Assembly: GCA_964016885.1 (NCBI GenBank)
Contig: OZ024752.1
Span: 24,366,001 to 24,430,000, forward strand
Source of the DNA: Eledone cirrhosa
Taxonomy: Eukaryota
Length of the DNA: 64,000 nucleotides
Reading direction: 5' to 3'
This document shows, in pieces, positions 1 to 15,097 of this stretch. Position numbers and translations under genes: made by a program. The notes beneath the pieces are model-generated. The model did no database searches. It was not told the DNA's origin and was given only the letters and a program-made list of their open reading frames with translations. The first letter of the stretch is position 1. Every line of letters starts with the position of its first letter.

Positions 1-692
1 TATCAGAGATAGTTTAAAGCTAAACTCTGACTGGTAACCATCTCACTCAACAAACATTAGGTTATATTAAAATATAAACCCAATTTAAGTGTTTGGGGTG
101 CTAACAATATGTATAATGTGGAAAAACCAGTTGTATTATTTTATGAGATATAATTAAAGTTAAAGTATATCTCTCTTTCCAAACAATTGTTTCATTCATT
201 ATAACTTTTCTACAGGTTTGGGAGAATATTTCCAGTTTATGTAGAAGCCTAATATATATTCATGTAAGAATATATTTAGGTGGGCACTTATAAATCATCA
301 GTGGAAGCCCATTAAACATTGATATAAGAAAACAATTTCTTACCGCTGTCAAAAATCATGTCCGTAAAGTAGCTCTCTCTTGCCTCGAATGACCGCCAAA
401 TTTGAAATTCTAGCAGTTTTTGACTGAGGAAGTATCATAGCGACACGAAGCGGGAAGGGGAGACAACTCACGAAATGAGGAAAAAAATAATATACACGCG
501 GGTTAATTAGTTTTTTTGAAAACATTATCAATCCAACGTGTTTAAGAACTCAATTGAAAGTAAAAAAATAAATATATGCTTGTATAAATTACACACGCAT
601 ATAGATATTTTCTTAGGCTAAATCAGAAGTTGTACCCGAATAAGAACCGCTTCTCATAACCGCAGTAAATGCAGAAAGTTATGCTATATACA

Positions 693-802
<110 letters not shown>

Positions 803-807
803 CACAC

Positions 808-867
<60 letters not shown>

Positions 868-906
868 ATACATATACATATATATATATATATTTATATA
901 CATATG

Positions 907-984
<78 letters not shown>

Positions 985-1192
985 GTGGTAAACGGAAAAG
1001 AAAATGCTGACAAATTGTTCACAGGAAAAATAGTTTAATTAGGAAAAACTGAAAATTAGTAATAGTATTGGTTAGTATTCAGTTTTGCTTTTAAGTTTTA
1101 CCGGTTGCGCATTTCTAATGCTTTTCAAAAATAATTTTGATATAGAGCGTCGTGATGTTTGCTCTAATATATATATATATACATATATATAT

Positions 1193-1562
<370 letters not shown>

Positions 1563-1572
1563 AATATACATA

Positions 1573-1614
<42 letters not shown>

Positions 1615-1626
1615 CATATATATATT

Positions 1627-1985
<359 letters not shown>

Positions 1986-2484
1986 ATCACATAGCTTACA
2001 TTTGTTTCACTGAGCTGGTAGGTCTAGAGATCGCTATTCGCTTTATTTTCGCGTTACTCGATCGCCAATACAAAATTATAACCAGTCAGATCTTCGGAGC
2101 ATGCGAGAATGAAGAAAATACACAGGCAAGAAAAGATTATACAGGCTACTATATGAAGTAGTAATGGCATTCAATTAGAACAATAACAACAATTACAACA
2201 ATGCTATCAATAAATTATTTAAGGAGACCCTGACATTACTTAGGTGGGTGGTATATAATGTATCTAACGTTACGGCGTGTAAAACTAGCTGTCATGAGGC
2301 AAAAGAAAGCGTTTGGCATGTACAGAGTATCGAAGTGTATATCAATTTTAAATTTTAAAGATAAGCTACTGTTTACAGTCTTTCTCTTCATCATCAATAG
2401 TATACATGAGTGGGACAACATTGTCAAAGCTAAATAGTTGTTGAGTTAATACAGAGGTTAACGAAGTAATATACGCATATATTT

Positions 2485-2609
<125 letters not shown>

Positions 2610-2996
2610 TACACATGCATGTGTACATAGACACATACATACACATCAATATACACTCGTACAAAAATATACATACATGCAAAGAGATAAGCGTGCTAAT
2701 TGTAATTATGGCAAAAAGAAGGTAAAGTTACATTGTAGTAGTGATTTGAGAAAAACTAGGATTTAGGATCAAATGATGGCAGCAGCTGAGAAGGAATAAG
2801 TTTGTTGGTAGATGAGCTACTTACAGACAATTATGTGGTATAGACTTGTGATGGATATAGTATACTTAATGAATATATTTCTGTGGGTAGTAGTTATCCT
2901 AATTTAAAGCTATGTTATGTTGGTTCGATTCACGGAGGTTTGAATCTTATGAATTTAGTGGCTATTCTATGTCTATATATATATATATATATATAC

Positions 2997-3190
<194 letters not shown>

Positions 3191-3287
3191 ATATATATAT
3201 ATATATATACATAAATATATATATATATATACATACAATAATATATATATATACATAAAATAATATATATATATATATACATACATA

Positions 3288-3330
<43 letters not shown>

Positions 3331-3333
3331 TGA

Positions 3334-3550
3334 AGGCGTGTGGCTGAGTGGTTAGAGAATTGGATTCACAATTTTGAGGTTGTGAGTTCGATTACTGGAC
3401 CGGGCGATGCGTTATGTCCTTGAGCAAGACACTTTATTTCACGTTGCTCCTTCTACCTGGAGTTACGACCGATAGATAGTACTAGCAACTGGAAAGACCA
3501 ACGGAAACATTGTTTCCTCGGTCCGATTTGACGAAAGTCGATCGATCCTT

Positions 3551-3551
<1 letters not shown>
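3334..3551 (+). mobile_element. tRNA-derived SINE, family B (tail abuts (TA)n); second copy at 55450-55670
   Basis: A box TGGCTGAGTGG, B box GTTCGATT, CORE-like GTCCTTGAGCAAGACACTTTATTTCACGTTGCTCC, distinct tail. Confidence 0.85.
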
Positions 3552-3613
<62 letters not shown>

Positions 3614-3655
3614 GCTAATATATATATATATGTACATATAAATATATATATACAC

Positions 3656-3722
<67 letters not shown>

Positions 3723-3755
3723 TACATATATATATACATATATATATATATACAT

Positions 3756-3922
3756 ATTTCGTTTCTGAATTTGTTTAGCAAGATTCTTTACCTGAAATCG
3801 TGTGTGGAACCAACCAACCAACCAGAAATTTATAAATTTATAAATTTATTATAATAAATTGAAGTGAAACAACTGGTGCGTGTGTTTCTTATTGGCAACA
3901 TGACCCTCCCAAAGTATAACAA
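3756..3922 (+). mobile_element. Retroelement (probably PLE) 3'-terminal fragment; related copy with an inverted end at 18064-18162
   Basis: Ends ATGACCCTCCCAAAGTATAACAAT then (TA)n, similar to the terminus of the PLE at 5056 on the - strand. Confidence 0.6.
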
Positions 3923-4229
3923 TATATATAAATATATATATATCCAAAATTAAGATAAATTAAATGAATTTAATCTAAATCGAAATTGTGGGTGTCATGT
4001 CATAAACATGCGCCATACACTTTCCTTGTTGACAATCCAATAATGTCCACTTTCCGTGACTTACCATCTGATTAATTGGTGAAATATATTTCTTTAATGG
4101 GATATATACAAGGAAGGTTAATCATACTTAAAGGTAAATATTACCTATACTAGCTTTGCGTGGTTACACACGGGCTAAAATTATCTCCTGAGATTATTCA
4201 TGTATATTTATATGTTAATCAATTTCTAG

Positions 4230-4302
<73 letters not shown>

Positions 4303-4376
4303 TATATATATACATATATATATACATATATATATATATATACATATATATATATTTACATATATATATATATACG

Positions 4377-4417
<41 letters not shown>

Positions 4418-4423
4418 ATATAC

Positions 4424-4454
<31 letters not shown>

Positions 4455-4501
4455 CATATATATACATATATATATATATATATACATATATATACATATA
4501 C

Positions 4502-4580
<79 letters not shown>

Positions 4581-4804
4581 CGGGGTAACAAATAATAGTT
4601 GTATGCAGTCCACTTAGGTGTAGTCCAGTTATGGTACTCCGGGTAGTGGATGATATCAACGCTTGGCTAAGTTTCACTCAACAAGGCGTTTCCATAGTCA
4701 TGCTGCGAGTACGCTGTTATTCCTATGTTGTAAACACTTTTTTGTAATTCCAATGTTGTAAACCTTTTTTGTATAGCAAACCGTGTCACTCTTCTTTCCT
4801 GATT

Positions 4805-4914
<110 letters not shown>

Positions 4915-5013
4915 TATATATATACATAAATATATATATATATATACATACAATAATATATATATATAAATACATAAATATATATATATATATATACATA
5001 CATAAATATATAT

Positions 5014-5061
<48 letters not shown>

Positions 5062-5274
5062 ATATTTGGGGAGGGTCATATTTACGTAATATTGCCAGAA
5101 TTAATAACAGAACACACTCACTGTTTGGTTGGTTTTCGCTTCTCGCTGTCTTTTATATATATATATCTGCGATCTAACTTACTCGGTCCTCAATGTTGCC
5201 ATTGACTGACCGGCGGTCAAAAATAATACAGATACAATATAGACACAAACACATATATATAGTTTACATAATTT

Positions 5275-5315
5275 ACATAAATCTTTCGTTGCACATCTGC
5301 AACATCGTCAGTGGT
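5275..5315 (-). ncRNA. Minimal type I hammerhead ribozyme motif, stem I partly decayed
   Basis: - strand reads ACCA CTGACGA T GTTGCA gatg TGCAAC GAAA GATT TA TGT: intact core and a 6-bp stem II. Confidence 0.7.
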
Positions 5316-5580
5316 GTTATATTCATTGTTCCTCCTGTTCTGTTGTATGTCTACGCCATTTTTTTTTGTTCAGTCTGTCTATATATTTATTTATTTATTT
5401 GCTTGTTTGTTTATCTTATTTTATTTTGTCTTCTTTGCGCATGCGTTTGCGTGTGTGTATAGTGTTATGTGTGATGTGTGACTAGTGTGTATAGTGTTGT
5501 GTCTGCTGGGTGATTAGTGTGTGTTTATGTGCTTGTGTATGTATTTATTTATCTTATTTTATTTTATTTTATTTACTTAT

Positions 5581-7035
5581 TTATACTTCTCTTAGGTCAG
5601 TGTTGTTTGTTTGGGTGTTGTTGTTGTTCCACTCATTCTTTCTGTTTAGCTTTGGTCTTCTAATTTCTATTTCACTGGCCTCTCTGATTTGCCTATCTGC
5701 TGGGTCATTCCTATGTTTAGATATTATTCTAATTTCTATGTTGTCTATGTTACCGTCATGTTGTTGTCTAGCATGTTCGTATAGTACTGACCCGTTTTTT
5801 CGTCCTTTTAGTTCCCCCCAGTGTTGGTCTATCCTTTCACCTATGCTACGAGCTGTCTCACCTATGTATGTTGTTGTCATGTTTCTGCAAGTACCCTCTG
5901 TACATCTTATGCTATAGACTACGTTTCTAGTTTTACAGTTTATCCGGGGGTTCACCTTACATATGATACATTTCCTATTGGTACAGTGGGTTTTCTTAAA
6001 AGGGTAGGTTTTGCTGATCAGGGATTTTATGGTGGTTCCTGGCTTTTCTACCACCTTTATTTTTAAGTGGGTCTTTCTCAGGGCCTTTCTACACTGGTTA
6101 GCTAATTTCCCTCCAGGGGTGGCGTCCACAAACATGACACTCTGATATCTCTGGTTGTCGTACCATGATGTGGCCTTCCCTATCTTATGTCTAGCCCTAT
6201 CTAAGCTATTCCATGATTTGCTCCTGTATAGTGGGCAAATTCCTTTCATGTCCAGTTCTATGAGGGTCTTATACTTTTCCATGGCTCCTTCGTATACTCT
6301 GACTCTGTCTCTTTGGTTGTAGCCAGAGAACTGCATGCGGTTGATGAAGTGTTGGATGTGTGCTTCCATTTCTGTTGGGTCGCACATGCTGGACACATTC
6401 TTCATCACTCGTACCAAATCTGCGATCAGAATATTAAACTTAGCACTACTGGACATTGCTGAGTTTTTGAGTATCAGGTATTTGGAGGCCATGGGTTTAG
6501 CATAGTGTGAGTGGAGAATTTGGGCTCTCTCGTCTATAGTGTTAATCCAGAGTTCTGTGTCTAATATAGGTAGTCTATTGTTAGGGTGTTTGGAAGGGAA
6601 GTCTATAGTTACAGTTATACTCTGGTGTATGGAATTAGCTATCTGCTGGATGCTTTCCATCGTGCTACGTTCTAAATCAAACTTGTTAGTGCTCTCTAGT
6701 GGGGGTGTTCTTATAACTATATTGATATCGTCTACATAACGAGAGTACATGATGAGGTCTATGGAGCTTTCATTAAGGAGATCTTTAAGTCTCCTTTCCC
6801 ACCATACCATGAAAAGGTTGGCAACATCACCAGCTATGCTGACGCCGATGGCTGCTCCCTCATTTTGGGTGTAGATTTTCTCATTGAACTTAAATATGTG
6901 GCCCTTTAGGGTAGTTTTGATACTAGCCCCTATTGCATGTGCGACCATTTTTCTTACCTGATCAGTGTTTTGGGGGGTCCGTATAGCTTTGGTCCACCCA
7001 ATCCACCTTCCTATGGGAGTCTTTTTAGCCAAAAA
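5581..7035 (-). CDS. PLE reverse transcriptase plus C-terminal GIY-YIG endonuclease (5'-truncated)
   Basis: [23 protein letters not shown], Cys linker [17 protein letters not shown]...[16 protein letters not shown]. The predicted start at 7056 lies in the microsatellite. Confidence 0.9.
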   Translation of the reverse strand, partial: FLAKKTPIGRWIGWTKAIRTPQNTDQVRKMVAHAIGASIKTTLKGHIFKFNEKIYTQNEGAAIGVSIAGDVANLFMVWWERRLKDLLNESSIDLIMYSRYVDDINIVIRTPPLESTNKFDLERSTMESIQQIANSIHQSITVTIDFPSKHPNNRLPILDTELWINTIDERAQILHSHYAKPMASKYLILKNSAMSSSAKFNILIADLVRVMKNVSSMCDPTEMEAHIQHFINRMQFSGYNQRDRVRVYEGAMEKYKTLIELDMKGICPLYRSKSWNSLDRARHKIGKATSWYDNQRYQSVMFVDATPGGKLANQCRKALRKTHLKIKVVEKPGTTIKSLISKTYPFKKTHCTNRKCIICKVNPRINCKTRNVVYSIRCTEGTCRNMTTTYIGETARSIGERIDQHWGELKGRKNGSVLYEHARQQHDGNIDNIEIRIISKHRNDPADRQIREASEIEIRRPKLNRKNEWNNNNTQTNNTDLREV

Positions 7036-7076
7036 TATATATACATATATATCCATATATATCTATATATATATAC

Positions 7077-7139
<63 letters not shown>

Positions 7140-7163
7140 GTATATATATATATATATGTATAT

Positions 7164-7270
<107 letters not shown>

Positions 7271-7302
7271 TATATAAATATATATATATATATACATATA
7301 TA

Positions 7303-9681
7303 TGTTTTACAAACAACGAACTGCTCATCCACAATGTAAAGGTGACACCAACAATTCTCTCGGATCATAACTTGGTAGAGCTAATGATATGTGGTCCAAG
7401 AGAACCAACAGAGACAAAACCACCAAGAAGCTCCGGGACGCTATCCAGCCTTAACTTCTACGGGGCTGACTGGAAGAAGATTAAGAGTGAAATCCGGAAG
7501 CAAACATGGAGTGCAAACATCGCCACACAAGACACTAACACACAATTTCAACACTTCATGACAACGATACACACCATATGCAAAAAGTGTGTCCCGGAGA
7601 AAGAGGCAAACAGACACAAAAATCTTATTCCCAGAGATAGGAAAATCCTTATGAGACGTAGAACTAAACTCTCAAACCAGTTGAATAGTCAACAAAACCA
7701 AAACAAGAGGAAATCCTATTTGAAACGTGCACTACTTGACACCGAGATTGCACTCAAGCTTTCACATGAGAATGAGAGGGCAAGGAAAGAGAACAGGGCC
7801 ATAGAAAACATTAAAACAAACCCTAAGGCCTTCTTTAAATTTGCAAAAGAAACTGCCTCAGTACACTGCAAGATTGGACCACTCTTCCACACGGACGGTT
7901 CATTAACCGAAAATCCCCAAGAGATATGTGAAATACTGAACGAACAGTACAAAAGTGTCTTCACATGTCCACTGAGGCACATGCAAATAACGAAGCCAGA
8001 GGAGTTCTTTGATGCCACAACACTACATCAAGAAATGGCAACCATCAACCACATAGACATAACGGAGGAGGATGTGGTGTACGCCATTGATGAAATTAGA
8101 ACAGACTCGGCTGCTGGACCTGATGGATTCCCAGCAGTTCTCCTAAAAATATGTAAGCGGGCCTTAGCAACTCCACTGAAGATGCTCTTCAGAAGCTCCT
8201 TGGCTAGCGGTGTACTACCCAGGGAGCTGAAAGAAGGCACAATATGCCCTATCCATAAAGGAGGTAGTAGAGCGGAGGCCAAGAACTATAGGCCAGTCTC
8301 TCTGACGTCGCATATCAGTAAGGTCATGGAGCGAGTCGTCAGAAAGAAACTAATCACTTTCCTCGAAGAAAATGACCGCCTGACTAGCACGCAACATGGC
8401 TTCCGCCCAGGAAGAAGCTGCCTTACACAGCTGCTACATCACTACGACTGGGTGCTGAGACAACTACTAGACAGCTCACATGTAGACGTGATATATCTTG
8501 ACTTTGCGAAGGCCTTTGACAAGGTCGACCACGGAATGATATGTCACAAACTACACGGACTCGGCATAACTGGAAAAGTAGGTGAGTGGCTGCATGGCTT
8601 CCTAAGGGACAGAAGCCAGGCAGTCGCAGCAAATGGGGCCCTCTCGAGGGAAACACCGATAACAAGTGGGGTGCCTCAGGGGACAGTCCTGGGACCACTA
8701 CTGTTTTTGGTGGCTCTCTCGGACATGCCCTCTGTGGTGCATGCAACAACATCCCTCACTAGCTATGCTGATGACACTAAGGTAGCACAGGCAATCAAAA
8801 ACCCGGCTGACGCTGCCCTCTTACAGCAGGATCTGGATGCCATATACAGATGGGCGGAAGAAAATAACATGCAGTTTAATGCTGGCAAATTCCAAGCCCT
8901 ACAATACAAACCTGCAAACACAAACACAAATATAGCGGAACACAGCTACACAGGACCAGGAGGGACCGATATCCCCGTGTCAAAATCGATACGAGACCTG
9001 GGCATAGACATGAGCGATGATGCATCTTTTTCTTCACACATCATGAAGGTGGCGACAGCATGTAGACGATTCGCTGGCTGGATCTTGAGGACTTTCTGGA
9101 CAAGAGATCGAAACACCATGTTGACACTGTGGAGGACTTTTGTCCTGAGCCGCCTGGACTACTGCTCCCAGCTGTGGTCACCCCATAGTGTCAAACTAAC
9201 CACGGAGCTTGAGGCAATCCAGCGAAGCTACACCAAGAGGATTGCCAAGATTAGGGAGATAAGCTACTGGGAGAGGCTGAAGGAACTGAACCTCTACTCC
9301 TTGGAGCGAAGACGGGAGAGATACGCAGTGATCTACATGTGGAAAATCCTGGAGGGACTAGCACCAAACTTTGGCATTGGGAGCTGGACCAACCGTCGAA
9401 CAGGACGTCACTGTGTGGTGCCAAAGGTCCCGTCTTCCACATCTAGAATAAGGAGCAGGTATTGCAATAGCCTGGGATTCAAGGGCCCTCAACTCTTCAA
9501 CAGGCTGCCGAGGCATCTGCGAGACTTGCATGACGTGGAGGTGGATGTCTTTAAGAAACATCTCGACACCTTGTTATCCAGGATCCCGGATGAGCCCACA
9601 GCAAGACACGAGGGAAACCTAAGGGCAGCAGCAACAAACTCCCTCCTACACCAGTGGCCAACCTATACAGGCTGGAGATAA
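7303..9681 (+). CDS. Non-LTR retrotransposon ORF2 (endonuclease C-terminus plus RT), about 790 codons without a stop
   Basis: [85 protein letters not shown]. Confidence 0.92.
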   Translation, partial: CFTNNELLIHNVKVTPTILSDHNLVELMICGPREPTETKPPRSSGTLSSLNFYGADWKKIKSEIRKQTWSANIATQDTNTQFQHFMTTIHTICKKCVPEKEANRHKNLIPRDRKILMRRRTKLSNQLNSQQNQNKRKSYLKRALLDTEIALKLSHENERARKENRAIENIKTNPKAFFKFAKETASVHCKIGPLFHTDGSLTENPQEICEILNEQYKSVFTCPLRHMQITKPEEFFDATTLHQEMATINHIDITEEDVVYAIDEIRTDSAAGPDGFPAVLLKICKRALATPLKMLFRSSLASGVLPRELKEGTICPIHKGGSRAEAKNYRPVSLTSHISKVMERVVRKKLITFLEENDRLTSTQHGFRPGRSCLTQLLHHYDWVLRQLLDSSHVDVIYLDFAKAFDKVDHGMICHKLHGLGITGKVGEWLHGFLRDRSQAVAANGALSRETPITSGVPQGTVLGPLLFLVALSDMPSVVHATTSLTSYADDTKVAQAIKNPADAALLQQDLDAIYRWAEENNMQFNAGKFQALQYKPANTNTNIAEHSYTGPGGTDIPVSKSIRDLGIDMSDDASFSSHIMKVATACRRFAGWILRTFWTRDRNTMLTLWRTFVLSRLDYCSQLWSPHSVKLTTELEAIQRSYTKRIAKIREISYWERLKELNLYSLERRRERYAVIYMWKILEGLAPNFGIGSWTNRRTGRHCVVPKVPSSTSRIRSRYCNSLGFKGPQLFNRLPRHLRDLHDVEVDVFKKHLDTLLSRIPDEPTARHEGNLRAAATNSLLHQWPTYTGWR

Positions 9682-9755
9682 AATGTGTAGCAACAAGGGC
9701 GGTGCCCCAGCATGGCCTCAGCCGGATGGCTGAAACAGGTAAAAGAGTAAAAGAG
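7303..9755 (+). mobile_element. CR1/L2-group LINE, 5'-truncated at the end of the endonuclease, with intact 3' tail
   Basis: Open RT ORF; 3' end GGGCGGTGCCCCAGCATGGCCTCAGCCGGATGGCTGAAACAG followed by GTAAAAGA repeats; (TA)n on both sides. Confidence 0.9.
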
Positions 9756-9837
<82 letters not shown>

Positions 9838-9942
9838 CATATATATACATATATATATATACATATATATATACATATATATATACATATATATATATAC
9901 ATATATATATACACATATATATACATATATATATATATATAC

Positions 9943-10053
<111 letters not shown>

Positions 10054-10092
10054 AATATATATATATATATCCATATATATATATATATATAA

Positions 10093-10123
<31 letters not shown>

Positions 10124-10160
10124 CATATATATATAAATATCTATCTATCTATATATCTAT

Positions 10161-10236
10161 CTAAGGCGGGTAAAATTCCCGAGAACCATGGACGAGTTCT
10201 CTCCAGCAGTCTCTGTCCCTCATTATCGCTGCCTAT
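10161..10236 (-). mobile_element. 3'-terminal fragment of the LINE at 19557-19950
   Basis: Approximate reverse complement of 19876-19950, embedded in (TA)n. Confidence 0.75.
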
Positions 10237-10252
10237 AGATATATACATATAG

Positions 10253-10283
<31 letters not shown>

Positions 10284-10409
10284 CATATATATACATATAT
10301 ATATACATATATATACATATATATATATATATACATATATATACATATACATATATATACATATATATACATGTATATATATATACATATATATACATAT
10401 ATATATACA

Positions 10410-10472
<63 letters not shown>

Positions 10473-10668
10473 GCCTCTCTCTCTTTAGATATGTGTGTGT
10501 GTGTGTTCGTTATGTCAGTCGTCACAGAAATGTATGTATACTCACACGCACATACACTCACACCAAAAGTCATTATGGAGGCTGAAAAATATAAAAATTC
10601 TATGTTCTCTCTCTTACAAAATACTAATTACTATGAAAGAGTAAAAAAACTACCAGCAATCAAATATA

Positions 10669-12417
10669 ATGACCAAATTAAAGACACTGATTTATCGATA
10701 CCAGGAAGACCTAACTAAAAAGGAACGCGATTATTTAACAAATTTTGAATACAAAACCAGCAACCTTTACGGACTTCCGAAGATCCACAAGTGTAAAATA
10801 GTCAAGGATGCCTGTAAACAATCCACCTCAGCATGCGTGAACACACAATACCCCACAGACCTTAAATTAAGACCAATTGTAGCGGGCCCACAATGTGAAA
10901 CACACAGATTGAGCAACTTTATAGACATACTACTGAAACCAATACTGAAACACATACCAAGCCTTGTAAGAGACGATCTGGACCTCTTAAACCACCTCCC
11001 CAAACATCTCAACAACGACACTCTTATTGTGTCTCTCGATGTAGTGAATCTCTACACAACGATCCCACACCAATACGGACTAGAAGCAATTGGATTCTGG
11101 CTAGAGAAATATCCCAATGAGATACCTGACAGAATAGAAAAAAGTTTCATCACCGAGGGATTAAAATTCATCCTACAGAACAACTTTTTTGATTTCGATG
11201 ACAATACTTACAAGCAAATATCGGGGACTGCGATGGGTACAAAAGCCGCTCCAACTTATGCCAACTTAGTCATGGCATACTTAGAAGACCAGATATATGA
11301 ACAGTCCAAATCAAAATACGGATTGAACTTCCACAAATATTTATCAGAGAATTGGAAACGCTACTTGGATGATTGCCTCATTCTTTGGTCCCACACACTC
11401 GACCAACTGAAGGATTTCAAAAACTTAATAAACGGCATCAATAACCACATCCAATTCACAATGGAATACAGCCAAGATCAACTCCCATTTCTGGACATCT
11501 TAATCACAAAAAAAGACACAAATATCGAAACTGACATACACTACAAACCAACAGATTCCAAACAATGTCTGCTATTCACCTCCAACCATCCAAAGCACCC
11601 GAAGACGAACATTCCTTTTAACCTAGCAAGAAGAATTTGCACAATTGTCTCCAATTATGAAACGCGAAATAAAAGACTTCAAGAATTAAAGGAAATTCTA
11701 CTAGAGAGAGAGTACCCACTATTACTAATAAATAATGGAATAGAAAGGGCTAAAGCAATAGGCATTGATGAATTACGGAAACAGAAACAAATTCAAGGTA
11801 CGTCCAATATTCTATCATATATCTCAATACACAACCCAAGAAATGCGGAAGCTTACAACACTATTCACAATAACATCCCACTACTAAAACAAAACCCAAG
11901 AATGAAAAAAGCCCTTGAAACACACAAAATAATCAAAAGCAAAAGACAACCAAAATCACTGAAAACATTACTCACCAATGCCAAATTACCTACCACAAAC
12001 CCACAACCAAGTATAAAAAAATGTGGTCGCTCTAATTGTGGAACCTGCACTCACCTCATTGAAGGCAACACGTATACATTTAAATCAGGACAAAATTTTA
12101 CTGTACAAAATCACTTCACTTGCTCATCAAAAAATCTAATTTATGCCATTAAATGTAAAGGATGCAATGAAGATTATATAGGACAAACTAAACTCACACT
12201 CAGAAACAGAATGACAGTTCATCGCCAACAATTACGAGATCCAACCACGAGACAGATACCACTAAGTGCACATCTAGACATTTGCGCAAGTAATAAGACA
12301 CCCAAATTCCAAGTCTTCCCATTTTACCTTTGCGCTAACAATACAACAGAACAAATGCGAATAAATAAGGAAAATATGTTTATTCAAAAATATAGACCAA
12401 CATTAAATATGGTTTAA
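10669..12417 (+). CDS. PLE RT plus GIY-YIG endonuclease; a frameshifted upstream piece starts near 10570
   Basis: [75 protein letters not shown]...YIGQT. Confidence 0.93.
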   Translation: MTKLKTLIYRYQEDLTKKERDYLTNFEYKTSNLYGLPKIHKCKIVKDACKQSTSACVNTQYPTDLKLRPIVAGPQCETHRLSNFIDILLKPILKHIPSLVRDDLDLLNHLPKHLNNDTLIVSLDVVNLYTTIPHQYGLEAIGFWLEKYPNEIPDRIEKSFITEGLKFILQNNFFDFDDNTYKQISGTAMGTKAAPTYANLVMAYLEDQIYEQSKSKYGLNFHKYLSENWKRYLDDCLILWSHTLDQLKDFKNLINGINNHIQFTMEYSQDQLPFLDILITKKDTNIETDIHYKPTDSKQCLLFTSNHPKHPKTNIPFNLARRICTIVSNYETRNKRLQELKEILLEREYPLLLINNGIERAKAIGIDELRKQKQIQGTSNILSYISIHNPRNAEAYNTIHNNIPLLKQNPRMKKALETHKIIKSKRQPKSLKTLLTNAKLPTTNPQPSIKKCGRSNCGTCTHLIEGNTYTFKSGQNFTVQNHFTCSSKNLIYAIKCKGCNEDYIGQTKLTLRNRMTVHRQQLRDPTTRQIPLSAHLDICASNKTPKFQVFPFYLCANNTTEQMRINKENMFIQKYRPTLNMV

Positions 12418-12886
12418 TATACATTATGTCAACACCATAATATGACATACACACACACACATAACACCTTCTACTTTAGAAAATAAAAACCCGAACTAAA
12501 TAAACATTAACATACGTTTGCACTGACAATACAACAGCAAACACGAATAAGTAAGGAAAATATGTTCATTCAAAAATATTCCTACTAAAGGAATCACTTT
12601 CCTACACACATACACACACACACAATATATATATATATATATTCTCTTCATCTTAACATGCTAACCATACTCCCACACACATAACACCCATACACACACA
12701 TAACAACCCCCACACCCACAACTCCTTCCCCATTTCTACTAATAGAACCACTTTCCTACACACATATATATATACACACACACAAAATATATATTCTCTC
12801 CATCTTAACATACTCACACACACACACATAACACCCATATACACACACAACTCCCTCCCCCATTTCTACTAATAGAATCATCTTCC

Positions 12887-12964
<78 letters not shown>

Positions 12965-13796
12965 GCACACAAATAAACATACATATCTTCACTTCAATAG
13001 AAAATCTGAACTCTGACTCCCCAGCGAACTAACCATATTCACTGAACCAGAACAATTCTCCCAATCCCATTTCTCTTGACCACTATCTTTCCATTGTCAT
13101 AACATTCGCTATAAAGACTACAGAATAGTTTTCCAAATAAGGGCGCAAAAATGTAATGAAAACTTGTTCACGTGACAGCCAAATTTCATTTATAACCAAT
13201 CAAATCACGTTTATTAAAAAAAAGCCTTCGTGAGCCACCTTTTTTTAAAAGTTAAGAAATTCAAACACACACACACACACAAGCACACAAATAAACACAC
13301 ATATCTTTACTTTCTTTATTCAATAGAAAATCTGAATTCTGACACCCCAGCGAACTAACCATATTCACTGAACCAGAACAATTCTCGCATCCCTTTCTCT
13401 TGACCATTATCTCTCACTTATCAAAGAATTCTCTAAAAAGGCTACAGAATGGATTTCCAAATAAGGGAACAAAAATTTAATGAAAATTTGTTCACGTGAC
13501 AGCCATAATTTCATTTATAACCAACCAAAAAAAAGCCTTCGTGAGCCTCGTTTTTTCAAGTAAAAAGAAATTCAAACACTCATATATGAAAAAAACAACC
13601 TGTGACAACCCCCCCCCTCTTATTTGAAGAACTATTGTAACGCGAACTGGCGCGAAATTTATTATAATTATTGACAAACCAATCAAATTACTTCTCGAAA
13701 AACCTGGCATTTCGAGCCACTTTTTCCATATAAAACAAGTAACATTCAGAGACCAACCAGATGTGAGAAAAACCACAGACCCTCCATCTCAACTCA

Positions 13797-13834
13797 CCTT
13801 TTGAAAAGCAGAAGAACTGCGAAACCGGTAAAGG
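13797..13834 (+). ncRNA. Minimal type I hammerhead ribozyme, U3-A8 core variant
   Basis: CCTT TTGAAAA GCAG aagaa CTGC GAAA CCGG TA AAGG: perfect stem I (CCTT/AAGG), stem II (GCAG/CTGC), palindromic stem III. Confidence 0.85.
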
Positions 13835-13989
13835 AACCAAATAAATATATATATTTTTTTTAGAAATAAGACTCCAGTTGCATTTTCGATTTCATCTCTT
13901 TTTCTTTATACTTTCACTCGTGTAGGACACCTCGGTTATTTTTCATTTTGTAAAAAAAACCTCATTTTCTAATATATATATATATACAT

Positions 13990-14433
13990 TTATTAAATAA
14001 CAGATTAAAGTTTAAGCAAAGAATCGCTGCTTTCACCCATTAAAAGGTTGCGTTGGCGTGCCTTTTATTTCGATAATCCGCGAAAAGCAGACAACAAACA
14101 GGATAAATTTGGATTTAAAACCTATAATAACCCCCCGTGGAACCCAGATTATTCGTTTTTTCCCGTTCTTTGCCAGCGAACGTTTCCACGAACCAAAGTA
14201 TCGTCTTCCTGTCTTCCTCCGGTTGCAACGTTTTTTGAAATATCCAGTTCTGCGTTTACAGATTGACTTTGTTAGTTTCAGAAAATCCTGTTAAGGGTGA
14301 AAGCAGCGATTCTTTGCTTAAACTTTAATCTGTTATTTAGTAAATATTTGCTCTACGGTTCTTATATATTTTATATATATTTATCCTTATCGAGCCCTCT
14401 TTGGATTTTAGTCTTCAATTTTATTATTATTAC
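13990..14433 (+). mobile_element. PLE-like 3'-end element with 45-bp inverted repeats enclosing a PLE ORF fragment
   Basis: Perfect arms 13994-14038 and 14295-14339; the loop encodes IKRLRWRAFYFDNP...FGFKTYNNPP, which resembles a PLE N-terminus. Confidence 0.65.
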
Positions 14434-14440
14434 TATATAT

Positions 14441-14481
<41 letters not shown>

Positions 14482-14674
14482 TATATATACATATATATAC
14501 ATTTATATATATATATACATATATATACATATATATATATACATATATATACATATATATATATACATATATATACATATATATACATATATATATATAT
14601 ATACATATATATATACATATATATACATATATATATATACATATATATATACATATATACATATATACATATAT

Positions 14675-14741
<67 letters not shown>

Positions 14742-14818
14742 TACATATATATATATATATACATATAGATATATACATATAGATATATACATATAGATAT
14801 ATACATATAGATATATAA

Positions 14819-14849
<31 letters not shown>

Positions 14850-15012
14850 CATATATATATACATATATATATATATACATATATATACATATATATATAT
14901 ATACATATATATACATATACATATATATACATATATATACATATATATATACATATATATACATATATATATACATATATATACATATATATATATATAT
15001 ACATATATATAC

Positions 15013-15061
<49 letters not shown>

Positions 15062-15066
15062 TATAC

Positions 15067-15097
<31 letters not shown>

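Larger units (their letters stand above)
5056..7035 (-). mobile_element. Penelope-like element, 5'-truncated, with 3' UTR, hammerhead motif and terminus in (TA)n
   Basis: RT-GIY-YIG ORF, 3' UTR with a CTGACGA...GAAA motif; terminal 200 bp recurs at 23358-23553. Confidence 0.9.
10563..13972 (+). mobile_element. Penelope-like element (Cys-rich linker before GIY-YIG, Neptune-like), 5'-truncated, long 3' UTR with hammerhead
   Basis: RT-EN ORF; 3' UTR has internal direct repeats (about 12960-13265 and 13280-13580) and a hammerhead at 13797; ends in (TA)n. Confidence 0.9.

Noticed and set aside
5058-5304. Solo LTR (TGTT...AACA)
   Set aside because: The apparent right end is stem II of the PLE hammerhead and the segment continues the PLE 3' UTR. 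The TG...CA ends and AATAT flanks of the 23358 copy leave a small chance of an LTR origin.
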